From positions 5,488 to 69,487 of the forward strand of contig JBCCUP010000008.1 in assembly GCA_039196715.1 (NCBI GenBank): a DNA stretch of 64,000 nucleotides, read 5' to 3'. The translations under genes were made by a program, and so were the position numbers. Positions within the stretch are counted from its first letter, which is position 1. Each line of letters starts with the position of its first letter. Below are positions 10,153 through 19,199 of the stretch, piece by piece. A model generated the notes under the pieces. It had not been told where the DNA came from, searched no databases, and saw only the letters and a list, made by a program, of their open reading frames with translations. This DNA is from Pseudomonadota bacterium (GTDB lineage Bacteria > Pseudomonadota > Gammaproteobacteria > CALCKW01).

Positions 10153-11000
10153 TGAAATTTGGCATGAACCTGTTGCTGTGGACAGGCGAATTGAGCGATG
10201 CGCTGCTGCCCGTGTTGGCGTCCTTGAAACGCATGGGGTATGACGGCGTTGAAGTGCCGCTGTTCAACCACGAGATCGACTATGCCAGCTGGGCGCGGCG
10301 TTTCGACGATATTGGCTTGGCACGTACTGCGGTCACGGTGCGCAACGCAGAAGACAACCCCATCAGTGCCGACACGCGAATCCGCCAGGCCGGTATCGAC
10401 GCCAACAAGCGCGCGGTGGATTGCTGTGCGGCGGTTGGGGCGACGCATTTGGTTGGGCCGTTCCATTCGGCGCTGGGCGCCTTTTCCGGCGCGGGACCTT
10501 CCGATGCCGAGCTGGCTCGCGGCATCGAATCGATGCGAGCAGTGTCAGAGCATGCGGAGTCCGTGGGTGTCACGCTGTGCGTGGAAGCCCTGAATCGATT
10601 CGAGTGTTACCTGCTGAACTCACACGATGAGGCAAGACGGTTCGTCAACGCGGTCGATCACCCGAATTGCGCGATCATGTACGACACCTTCCACGCCAAT
10701 ATCGAAGAGAAAAGCACGGCAGATGCCATTCGCCGCAACGCGGACGTCATTCGCCACGTGCACATCTCGGAGAATGACTGGAGCACACCGGGACAGGGCA
10801 GTGTGCGCTGGACAGAGACCTTCGACGCCTTGCACGACGTCGGCTACGACGGCTGGTTGATGATCGAAGCCTTCGGGTTGGCGCTACCTGAATTGGCCGC
10901 TGCCACGAAGATCTGGCGGCGGATGTACGACAGCGAAGAACAGCTGGCGCGCGACGGCTTGGCATTCATGCAGTCCGAATACAACCGCCGTTGGACGTGA
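10153..11000 (+). CDS. sugar phosphate isomerase/epimerase (xylose isomerase-like TIM barrel, hydroxypyruvate-isomerase/L-ribulose-epimerase-like)
   Basis: An AGGAGG RBS lies 8 nt upstream of the ATG at 10153. The sequence MKFGMNLLLW...GYDGVEVPL...HVHISEND is typical of the AP-endonuclease-2/xylose-isomerase fold. The ORF-track start at 9873 is an over-extension into the upstream gene. Confidence 0.75.
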
Positions 11001-11052
11001 TCGCGGCGCGACGACCCGGCAACCACAGAATCCGTTTCGCGCAGTCGCAGTG

Positions 11053-11340
11053 CGACAACCACAGTGGCTCGTTCGGCATCCGAGGCGCCGCTTCGCGCCT
11101 GTGAACACGCCACGGTCTCGTGGGAGCCGTGTCCTGGCGCAGCCAGACGCGGCGAAAACGGCGAACACGAAGCTCGCAGTCACTGCCGTGTTTCAGTCGG
11201 TCTGTGACAACCCGAATGGCTCGTTCGGCATCCAAGGCGCCGCTTTGCACTCACGGGTGAGATGTCGAGGCCTGCGAACATGCCACGGTCTCGTGGGAGC
11301 CGCATCCTGGCGAAGCCAGACGCGGCGAAAAGATCCGCGC
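11053..11340. repeat. two tandem imperfect copies of a ~153-bp unit in the convergent intergenic region; each copy contains GGCTCGTTCGGCATCC...CCACGGTCTCGTGGGAGCCG...GCCAGACGCGGCGAAAA
   Basis: Direct alignment of 11053-11205 against 11206-11340 is about 85% identical. The unit shares the GTGGGAGC core with the REP-like repeats further downstream. Confidence 0.8.
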
Positions 11341-11345
11341 TGGAC

Positions 11346-12599
11346 TCAGTCGTCTTGGTTTTCGGAGTGCCCGTCACTTGCGTGGAAACCGTGCCGGCGA
11401 ATCCACAGCAGTAACATCATCAACACAAGTATCGACGTGATCATCAGCGCGGCCGTCCACCGCGTGAGGCTGAAGCCGACCAGCGGCAACACAGCGCTCG
11501 CCACGATCGATCCGATGATCTGGCCGCTCGAACCGAGGAACGACGCGGCAAATCCTGCGATGCGCCCGTGCGGCGTCATCGCGAGCGCGTTGCTGTTGAC
11601 CTGCACGGTGAGGAAGCCGACCGCGAACAGCACGATCAGACCTGAGATCACGTAGGCATCTGCGAGGCCTGCCGCGCTGACGCCCCACATGCTCGCGAGC
11701 ACCAGCGCCATCCAACAGGCTGCCCACAGTGCTGTGCCGACACTGCCGAATCGGCTGATCGAGCGGTGGTTGAGTACCTGGCCGATGATGATGCCGATCG
11801 CGTGCAACGCAAACAGGATGGCGAACAGTGCGCCAGTGACGCCGAAATTTTCGGCGTAAACCACCGGGCTACCCGCCAACACGAAGACGATGATCACGTA
11901 ACTCAGCACGCCCATCGCCATGAAATAGCGCGACTGCGGGTGGCCCACGATTGCCTTCGCGTCACGCAACAGCACGCGCGGCTTCAATGCGTTCAGTCGC
12001 TGGGTTGTGAGGGTCTCGGGCAGGCGCGTGACCAACACCACGAGCAAGCCGGCCGAGAGCAGCACCATGCAACCGAAGATCATGCGCCAACTGCCGCCGA
12101 GCGCCACCAATGACACGCCGAGCAACGGGCCGACGATCGGGCCGATCGAGAACACCGCGACGGAAATCGCGAACTGCCGCGCAAGCTCGTCGCCGGTGAA
12201 GCGGTCGCGCAACATCGCGCGGCCGACCGCCGGCCCGACGCCCGAGCCGAAGCCCTGTATCACGCGGCCGAGCAGCATCGTGTCGAGTGTGCTGGCGAAG
12301 TAGCACACCAGCGCTCCGATCAGGTTCAGGCTCAAGCCCACGGCCAACACCGGGCGCCGACCGTAGCGGTCCGACAGGGGACCGAAGATGAGTTGGCCGA
12401 TGCCGATGGCGAAGAGGAACACCGTGATGGTCTGGGGCAGGGCGTCGACACCGGTGCCGAGCTCCGCCGCCATCGCAACGAACATCGGCAGCGTGCTGTC
12501 CACCGCGAACGCGCCAAGCGCCGTGATCAGGCCGGCGTAAATCACCAGGCCCCGGTTGCCGAGTTCCTTGCGCGCCGTGGCCGGCGGGGTGTGTTGCAT
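11346..12599 (-). CDS. MFS transporter, Bcr/CflA-like drug resistance family
   Basis: 417 aa with 12 predicted TM segments. The MFS signature region is GPLSDRYGRRPVL. Confidence 0.8.
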   Translation of the reverse strand: MQHTPPATARKELGNRGLVIYAGLITALGAFAVDSTLPMFVAMAAELGTGVDALPQTITVFLFAIGIGQLIFGPLSDRYGRRPVLAVGLSLNLIGALVCYFASTLDTMLLGRVIQGFGSGVGPAVGRAMLRDRFTGDELARQFAISVAVFSIGPIVGPLLGVSLVALGGSWRMIFGCMVLLSAGLLVVLVTRLPETLTTQRLNALKPRVLLRDAKAIVGHPQSRYFMAMGVLSYVIIVFVLAGSPVVYAENFGVTGALFAILFALHAIGIIIGQVLNHRSISRFGSVGTALWAACWMALVLASMWGVSAAGLADAYVISGLIVLFAVGFLTVQVNSNALAMTPHGRIAGFAASFLGSSGQIIGSIVASAVLPLVGFSLTRWTAALMITSILVLMMLLLWIRRHGFHASDGHSENQDD

Positions 12600-12751
12600 A
12601 GTGCCCTGGTCGGGGCCAGCCGGCCCGGTGTGGCGCGTGCGTACCCGGCACGCGCGATCGGTTGACGAAACCGGTCTTCGCCCACAGAGTGACGGTGTGC
12701 CGGCGACACGGCACTGTCACACCGTCCAGAGACAACCAGACCGGAAACCGA

Positions 12752-13470
12752 TGAAGAACAGACTCGTGATGGTTCGCCACCACCACAACGCGTTGGAGCT
12801 CGACGACGTCGCGTGCCGCGTGCTGCGGGCCCGCGGATTCGAGCTCGAGCACGTCCACCCGCATGCCGGCGATCCGCTGGGTGTGCCTGCGGACGACGTT
12901 GCCGGCACCATTGTCTACGGCGGCGGCCAGAATGTCACGGAGTTGGAGCGCTTCCCCTACCTGCGCGACGAGATGCAGTGGATGCTCGATTGCCAGTCGT
13001 CCGGCATCCCGGTGCTGGGGATCTGCCTCGGCGCGCAACTGCTCGCGGCGGCGCACGGGGCCGATGTCATGCGGCCCGCAGACGGTCTCTGCGAGTTCGG
13101 CTATTACCCGGTCTTCCCCGTGGACGACAGCGGATTCGTGCCGGCGGAGGGCCTGCACGTGACCGAGGCGCATTTCGAGGCCTTCGAACTGCCGGCGGGC
13201 GCGGTGCACCTGGCGCGCAGCGAGGCCTTCCCGAATCAGGCGTTTCGGGTCGGCGACAATGTCTACGGCTTGCAATTTCACCCGGAAGTGAACACCGAAG
13301 TGTTCCGCGATTGGCAGGCGGACTATTGGACGCCGCATTTCTACGCGTCGCCCGGCAGCCAGAGCGAAACCGAATCACTCGACTTGCACTACCGCCACAC
13401 CGAGGCCCAGGGCGCCTGGTTCGAGGCGCTGTTGCTCAACCTGTTCGGCACGGCGCCGGCCGCCGCCTGA
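12752..13470 (+). CDS. class I glutamine amidotransferase-like protein (GMP-synthase-type GATase domain)
   Basis: The catalytic Cys region reads GIPVLGICLGAQLL. I used the internal ATG at 12752; the ORF-track start at 12556 overlaps the divergent MFS gene. Confidence 0.7.
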
Positions 13471-13508
13471 CTTCAAGGACGCAACACGCACAGCACGCCA
13501 CAGCTCAT

Positions 13509-13863
13509 GTGGGAGCCCGGTCGTCGCGCAGTGACACCGGGGGCCCGCCTAGGGCAAAACGCTGGCTTTAATGTCTTTCGTCGCGTCTCCCCGCGCCTGA
13601 CGGCCCAGGAAGGACGCAACTCCCACGGCTTGCCACAGGCTTCGTGGGAGCCCGGTCGTCGCGAAGCGACACCGGGCGAAGGGGTTAGGCAGCACGCTAA
13701 AGCACTTAGCAGTCAGCGTTTCGTCGCGTCTCGCACAGCGAGGACGCAACTCCCACAGAGGGCTCTGTGTCTTGCTCGCGCCTGATGGCACAGCGCGGAC
13801 ACGGCTCTCACAGGTTGCTACTGAATCTGTGGGAGCGCGGTCGTCGCGCAGGGACACCGGGCG
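13509..13863. repeat. cluster of REP-like palindromic repeats (GTGGGAGCSCGGTCGTCGCGMAGNGACACCGGGSG units at 13509, 13644 and 13829, interleaved with TTCGTCGCGTCTC...GAGGACGCAACTCCCAC modules)
   Basis: Three near-identical ~37-bp units plus inverted CTCCCAC/GTGGGAG arms, read directly from the sequence. They fill the 475-bp intergenic gap between the amidotransferase and the DUF423 gene. Confidence 0.8.
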
Positions 13864-13944
13864 AAAGCGGTGGCGGAGAGTTCAAAAGAAGCGCTTGCAC
13901 CATGCGCCGCGTCTCGCTGTTGCTCGCGCCAGTGTTCGCAGTGT

Positions 13945-14373
13945 TCAACCGTCTTTTTCGGTTTCCGGCGTTCCGGATTGGCGGGCTGATACCACTGAGA
14001 GCACGGCTGTGACCAGCAACAACGCCCAGGCCACCATCAAGGTGACGCCGCCCACCGGGGTGAGGATCAGCAAGCCTTCGAGCGCAAAGGTCACGGAAAT
14101 GTAAATGCTGCCACTGAAGAGCACGGTGCCGAGCACGAACAGACCGGCGCTCCAGTTGAACGCGGGAATGCGCGACAGCGGGCCGCCCGCGTGGGCGGCG
14201 AGCCCGAGGGCCAATGTCACCACCGCGTAGACCTGGTTGTAGCGCACTGCGGTCATGAGGAACCGAAAGTTCTCCTCGCCGACCGGTTCGCGCAGGGCGT
14301 GTTCCGCGTACGCGCCGAACGCCACCGACACAAAACCCAGCACACAGGCTGCGACCAGAATCATGGGTGCCAC
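13945..14373 (-). CDS. DUF423 (YgdD/TMEM256-like) small inner-membrane protein
   Basis: 142 aa with four hydrophobic helices. The glycine-rich motif reads SGSIYISVTFALEGLLILTPVGG. Confidence 0.65.
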   Translation of the reverse strand: MAPMILVAACVLGFVSVAFGAYAEHALREPVGEENFRFLMTAVRYNQVYAVVTLALGLAAHAGGPLSRIPAFNWSAGLFVLGTVLFSGSIYISVTFALEGLLILTPVGGVTLMVAWALLLVTAVLSVVSARQSGTPETEKDG

Positions 14374-14652
14374 CTAACGTCAGCTGTGATCACGGAGTTG
14401 GGCAGGTCTGTGAATCCTGAGGCGGCGAATTGGCTGCTTTGGTTTTCGGTGGTCATCGTGGGGAATTGAACGCTCGTCTGGCTGGCTCGTAGGGCGACAT
14501 TGGCTGGCAGCGCTTGGTCTCAGTGCGGGTTGCGAAGTTCCGCTGTGCAGACGGGTTTTGCTCGCGGTATCCGTGTGCACTCGCTTCGTCGTTGGATAGG
14601 CCTGACGTCACCTTGCGCGGGGACGCCGCTCAAACGGCGTGCCACTGCACCT

Positions 14653-14690
14653 GTGGGAGCGCGGTCGTCGCGCAGTGACACCCGGGGGCC
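14653..14690. repeat. REP-like repeat copy (TGTGGGAGCGCGGTCGTCGCGCAGTGACACCCGGGGGCC) just upstream of the IS110-family element
   Basis: Near-identical to the copy at 13509. Confidence 0.8.
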
Positions 14691-14789
14691 CGCCCAGGGC
14701 GAAGAACTGTGCCTGTGACTCTCGTCGCGTCTCGCTTCGCGAGGACGCAACTTGTATGGTCGATTCCGCAGGTGATACAGAGAAAAACC

Positions 14790-15990
14790 TGTCGGGGTGG
14801 AGGGGCTGACTGACGCGCTTCTGATCCGTTACCGGATACAGACTGTGGGAGTGTATCTCCCGCCCCGTCTCGCTAACGCCAATGTGGAATCTAACGGCCA
14901 GAGCAAACCTGGACCGCCGATTAAGTGCAAGCTTGCGTCAACGAGCCCCCCGACAGGCACCCTAAACCTATCGGAGGACGCCGCTGTGCACAAGTCAGCA
15001 ACAGATCTGTTTATCGGGGTTGATGTGGCCAAACACGAGGTCGTTGTGGCGCGTTCCGATCAGTCAACGGTGCAACGCGTTGGCAACGAACTCGCAGCAC
15101 TTCAGGCTTGGATAGCTGACTTACCTGGACCGTGTGCTGTGCTGATGGAGTCGACCGGGCGATACCACCAGCTGCTCGCTGAGGCACTGCACGCGGCCGG
15201 GCACCGGGTGTACCTCGTCAACGGTCTCAAGCTCAGCCAGTACCGCAAGAGCGTCGGCCAACGTGCGAAGACCGATCCGAGTGACGCGAGGTTGTTGCTG
15301 CGCTACCTCCAGCACGAACACGCCGCGCTGACGCCGTGGCGGCCCACACCCGAAAACATCAGTGCCATCAGGACCTTGCTGAAGCGTCGCAGCGAGGTGA
15401 TCAAGCACACAGTGGCCCTGAGACAGTCATTCAGCGACGTGCCGCAGATCGACACCGCAGAGGTCATCGCCTCGCTCAAGGCGACAGTGGCCAAGCTGGA
15501 CCGGTTGATCAACGGCCTGATCGAGCACCAGGACATCAAAGACGAAGCGCGGCGTTGCCGACAGATCACCGGCGTGGGGCCCCTCACCAGCGCTGCACTG
15601 ACAGCAACCTACTACGCTGGCAACTTCACGCGGGTCGATGCGTTTATCGCGTTCATTGGACTGGATCTGATCGCGAACGACTCGGGGCGCAAGACAGGGC
15701 GGCGGCGCTTGAGCAAGAAGGGGGACTCGGAGGTCAGGCGTCTGTTGCACAACGCAGCGATGTCGGCGTGTCGTGTCGGCAAGTGGAAACAGTACTACGA
15801 GCGTTACCTGGCCCGTGGCTTCGAGCGCACCCAGGCCTTGGTGATCCTGGCGAGGAAGATCGCCAGGGTCGCGTTCAGCCTGCTGAAAACGGGCAGAGAC
15901 TACGACGAGGCACTGTTGTTCGGCTCAGCGTAGAAAACACACAGAAAACGCTTGCTACGCACCATAGAATCTCCCACAGCGGTGACCCGC
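14790..15990 (+). mobile_element. IS110-family insertion sequence (approximate boundaries), inserted within a REP-like repeat cluster
   Basis: It carries a single DEDD-type transposase gene. Flanking sequences contain inverted CTGTGGGAG (about 14858) and CTCCCACAG (about 15970) motifs. No classical terminal IRs are expected for IS110. Confidence 0.6.
14986..15933 (+). CDS. IS110 family transposase (DEDD N-terminal domain plus C-terminal Transposase_20-like domain)
   Basis: A GGAGGA RBS lies 7 nt upstream of the GTG at 14986. The N-terminus LFIGVDVAKHEVVVA carries the DEDD D, and the C-terminal half reads GVGPLTSAALTATYYAGNFTRVDAFIAFIGLDLIANDSGRKTGRRRLSKKG. An upstream in-frame extension to 14797 is possible. 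Confidence 0.85.
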   Translation: MHKSATDLFIGVDVAKHEVVVARSDQSTVQRVGNELAALQAWIADLPGPCAVLMESTGRYHQLLAEALHAAGHRVYLVNGLKLSQYRKSVGQRAKTDPSDARLLLRYLQHEHAALTPWRPTPENISAIRTLLKRRSEVIKHTVALRQSFSDVPQIDTAEVIASLKATVAKLDRLINGLIEHQDIKDEARRCRQITGVGPLTSAALTATYYAGNFTRVDAFIAFIGLDLIANDSGRKTGRRRLSKKGDSEVRRLLHNAAMSACRVGKWKQYYERYLARGFERTQALVILARKIARVAFSLLKTGRDYDEALLFGSA

Positions 15991-16004
15991 CAGCCTCGGA
16001 CTTT

Positions 16005-16147
16005 GTGGGAGTTCGGCCGTCCCGTTGGGACGCCGGACGAATGTCGGTGCCACACAGCCGAATCTCGCGCCGCCGCTTCGCCGCGTGTCACGGTGTGACG
16101 ACGCGGCTCCCACGACTGTCCCTGCCTGCTTCGATCTGTGTGGGAGC
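16005..16147. repeat. two degenerate REP-like copies (TGTGGGAGTTCGGCCGTCCCG..., TGTGGGAGCTTGGCCGTTCCGCTGG...) downstream of the IS
   Basis: They share the GTGGGAGC core and the palindromic tail. Confidence 0.6.
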
Positions 16148-16266
16148 TTGGCCGTTCCGCTGGCCTGCCGCGATTGGATGTGCCTCGCGGTTGACCCTTG
16201 CACCGGCGTCCCCCATCGCGAGCGGCTGTGGCATGCTCACGGTCTGTTTGGCTCTACGTGACCTGC

Positions 16267-17382
16267 ATGCACATCGAACCGTTTGGCGTTGAAATCTGGA
16301 TGAACGCGTGGGAGACGCGGTGCGACTGGAACCTCGCAGAGACCTGCGTCGACAGCCTGACCGTCGCCTCGCTGCTCGAGATCTGCGGTCAGCGCGAGCG
16401 CGACCTCGACACACTGCTGCCCCTGCGCCTCTCCTACGGCGACATCACCGGCTCGCCACGCCTGCGCGCCGCGATCGCGGCCTTGTACAAGACCGCGACC
16501 GAGGACAACGTCATGGTCGCGCACGGCACGATCGGCGCGAACATGCTGGTGCACAGGACTGTCGTCAACCCGGGCGACCACGTGGTCTGCGTGGTGCCGA
16601 CCTACCAGCAACACTACTCGATTCCCGCCAGCCTCGGCGCTGAGGTCGAGACGCTGGCGCTGCGCGAAGCGGACGACTGGCTGCCCGACCTCGACGCCCT
16701 GCGCCGACTGGTGCGGCCGAGCACGCAGCTGATCGCACTGACGAACCCGAACAACCCCACGGGTGCGCTCATGTCCGAGGCGGGTCTGACCGAGATCGCC
16801 GCGATCGCGCGCTCGGTCGGTGCGTGGGTGCTGTGCGACGAGGTGTACCGTGGCACCGAGCAACCCGGCGTCGCCCGCTGTCCGTCGATCGTTGACGTCT
16901 ACGAGCGGGGCATCAGCACGGCGAGCGTCTCGAAGGCCTTTTCGCTTGCCGGCCTCCGGCTCGGGTGGGTCATCGCACCGCGCGACCTGCTCGAGGCCGT
17001 CTCCGTCCACCGCGACTACGACACGATTTCCGTCGGCATGCTGGACGACCACTTTGCCGCGCTCGCGCTCGAGCACAGCGACGCCATCCTGGCACGCAGC
17101 CAACGCATCGTGACCGAAAACCTCGCGGCCCTTTCGGACTGGATGCGCGAGCGGAACACGCTGAGCTGGGTCGTCCCACGGGCCGGCACCACGGCGCTGC
17201 TGAAATACCCGCAGGACACGCCGTCCGAAGCCCTGTGCGTCGACATACTTTCAAAGACCGGTGTGATGCTGACACCCGGCAGTGCCCTCAACATGGAGGG
17301 CTACCTGCGCATCGGGTACGCCAACCACGGCGACGTGCTGCGTGCCGGCCTGGCGCGACTCGACGCGGTGTTCGGTCGCTGA
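16267..17382 (+). CDS. pyridoxal-phosphate-dependent aminotransferase, class I/II
   Basis: 371 aa. The region TNPNNPTGALMS and the fold-type-I segment SVSKAFSLAGLRLGW (PLP lysine) are present. The start is taken as ATG 16267. Confidence 0.8.
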   Translation: MHIEPFGVEIWMNAWETRCDWNLAETCVDSLTVASLLEICGQRERDLDTLLPLRLSYGDITGSPRLRAAIAALYKTATEDNVMVAHGTIGANMLVHRTVVNPGDHVVCVVPTYQQHYSIPASLGAEVETLALREADDWLPDLDALRRLVRPSTQLIALTNPNNPTGALMSEAGLTEIAAIARSVGAWVLCDEVYRGTEQPGVARCPSIVDVYERGISTASVSKAFSLAGLRLGWVIAPRDLLEAVSVHRDYDTISVGMLDDHFAALALEHSDAILARSQRIVTENLAALSDWMRERNTLSWVVPRAGTTALLKYPQDTPSEALCVDILSKTGVMLTPGSALNMEGYLRIGYANHGDVLRAGLARLDAVFGR

Positions 17383-17456
17383 CCCTCTACTCGGCCGCAC
17401 CCGGGTGACGACGCAGCACCCCTGCCCTGTCCAGCGTTGCCCGTTCGCCGCTGCAA

Positions 17457-18017
17457 TCACGGCAGTCGCTGTCGTCGCGCAGCGTCGCTGTGCTGTTCGA
17501 ACCGCAGCGAGAGGCGCGCTGTGCGCACGTCGCCGGTGGCCCGCGCCAACGACACACCGAGCGCGACGCCCGGTGCGACGAACACGTGAAGGCCGGCACT
17601 CACCTCGACGCCGTCGTCGGCAGCGTGCGAGGCCTGGGCGCTCACGGCTCCGTTGAACTCCACCGCCCCCCCAAACACCTTGGCACGCAAGCCGCCGTCG
17701 AAGTTGGCTTGCAGGTCATCGCCGTCGAGCTGCACCCCGAGCAACGCGTAGCTGCTGCGCGAGAGCGTGTAGTCGTGCGTGAGCCCACCGGCCAGACTGT
17801 AGCGTTCTGTGGCGGGCCCCGAGCGCAGGCCCAGACGGTAGATCAAGTCGCCATCAAGCTGCCCGTGCAACACCAGTTCGTGCGCGTAGCGTGGCTGCGA
17901 CAGCCGGTCGTCGAGCTGCACACGGCGGTAATCGAGGTAGTCGTAGCGGATCGCGCTGGCCGCGCCGATCGACGGCAGCGCGGCGCACACGAGCACGAGC
18001 ATCGCGCGCGCGATCAT
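17457..18017 (-). CDS. secreted hypothetical protein, possible small outer-membrane beta-barrel
   Basis: N-terminal signal peptide MIARAMLVLVCAALPSIGAASA. The sequence then shows the alternating hydrophobic pattern typical of beta-strands (YDYLDY, LVLHGQL, YTLSRSSYALLGVQL). Confidence 0.4.
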   Translation of the reverse strand: MIARAMLVLVCAALPSIGAASAIRYDYLDYRRVQLDDRLSQPRYAHELVLHGQLDGDLIYRLGLRSGPATERYSLAGGLTHDYTLSRSSYALLGVQLDGDDLQANFDGGLRAKVFGGAVEFNGAVSAQASHAADDGVEVSAGLHVFVAPGVALGVSLARATGDVRTARLSLRFEQHSDAARRQRLP

Positions 18018-18158
18018 GCCTGTGTCCTTGGGGTGCGTGTCCGCATCGCGCCGCGTCCGGCTCCGTTGGAGGTGGCAGGGCCCTGCCGCGGCACAGGGTG
18101 TGCCGCAGCGGTTTTTTGCCCTAGCGGCCGGTAGCGGGCGAACTGCACCCCACCCGAC

Positions 18159-19199
18159 TTACCAGCTCAACACCACCTTGCCTGATCGCCCAGAGCGCAT
18201 CGCGTCGAAGGCCTCGGCGAAGTCGGTGGCGGCGTAGCGGTGGGTGATCACCCGGCTGACGTCCAGGCCGTTCTGCAGCATGGCAATCATCTTGTACCAG
18301 GTCTCGAACATCTCGCGGCCGTAGACACCTTTGATGGTGATGGCCTTGAACACGATGCGGCTCCAGTCAACCGGCGACTGGCCCGGCGGGATGCCGAGCA
18401 TCGCGATCTTGCCGCCCATGACGAGCGACTCGACCATCGCGTCAAGCGCCGCCTGGCTGCCGGACATCTCGAGGCCGACGTCGAAGCCCTCGGCGAGGCC
18501 AAGCCGAGCACAGACATCGGGCAACACCTCTCGACTGACATCGACCGTGTGCACCGAGGGCACCACGTGCTCAGCGAGCGCGAGACGGTCGGGGTTGAGG
18601 TCGGTGATGACCACATGGCGCGCGCCGGCGTACCGCGCCACCGCAGCTGCCATGATGCCGATCGGCCCCGCACCGGTGATCAGTACGTCCTCGCCGAGCA
18701 GGTCAAAACTCAACGCGGTGTGGACGGCGTTGCCGAGCGGGTCGAGGATCGCACCGATCTCGTCGGGGATGTCGTCGGGCAGCGGCACCACGTTGAATGC
18801 CGGCATGCAGAGGTACTGGGCAAAGGCACCTTGTACGTCGACACCGATCCCGCGCGTGCCCGGGTCGAGGTGGAACTTGCCGGCGCGCGCCTGGCGGCTG
18901 TCCCGGCCGATCAGGTGTCCTTCGCCCGAGCAGCGCTGGCCGACGCGCAGGCCCGTCACCGCGGCGCCACATTCGACGATTTCGCCGGCAAACTCGTGCC
19001 CGGTGATCAGCGGCACCGGCACGGTGTGCGCGGCCCAGTCGTCCCAGTTCCAGATGTGGATGTCGGTGCCGCAGATGCCGGTCGCGTTGACCTTGATCAG
19101 CACATCGTGCGGGCCGATGTCGGGCAGTGGTGCCTGGACTTGCCACAAGCCGGGTGCGGCGTGCGTCTTTTCGAGTGCGAGCATGCTGTTGCGGCTCAT
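18159..19199 (-). CDS. tdh: L-threonine 3-dehydrogenase
   Basis: Collinear identity to E. coli Tdh, including GICGTDIHIWNWDDWA, GHEFAGEIV and the C-terminal SGRSGKVVLSW. The start ATG at 19199 overlaps the kbl stop; an alternative start is the ATG at 19184. Confidence 0.92.
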   Translation of the reverse strand: MSRNSMLALEKTHAAPGLWQVQAPLPDIGPHDVLIKVNATGICGTDIHIWNWDDWAAHTVPVPLITGHEFAGEIVECGAAVTGLRVGQRCSGEGHLIGRDSRQARAGKFHLDPGTRGIGVDVQGAFAQYLCMPAFNVVPLPDDIPDEIGAILDPLGNAVHTALSFDLLGEDVLITGAGPIGIMAAAVARYAGARHVVITDLNPDRLALAEHVVPSVHTVDVSREVLPDVCARLGLAEGFDVGLEMSGSQAALDAMVESLVMGGKIAMLGIPPGQSPVDWSRIVFKAITIKGVYGREMFETWYKMIAMLQNGLDVSRVITHRYAATDFAEAFDAMRSGRSGKVVLSW

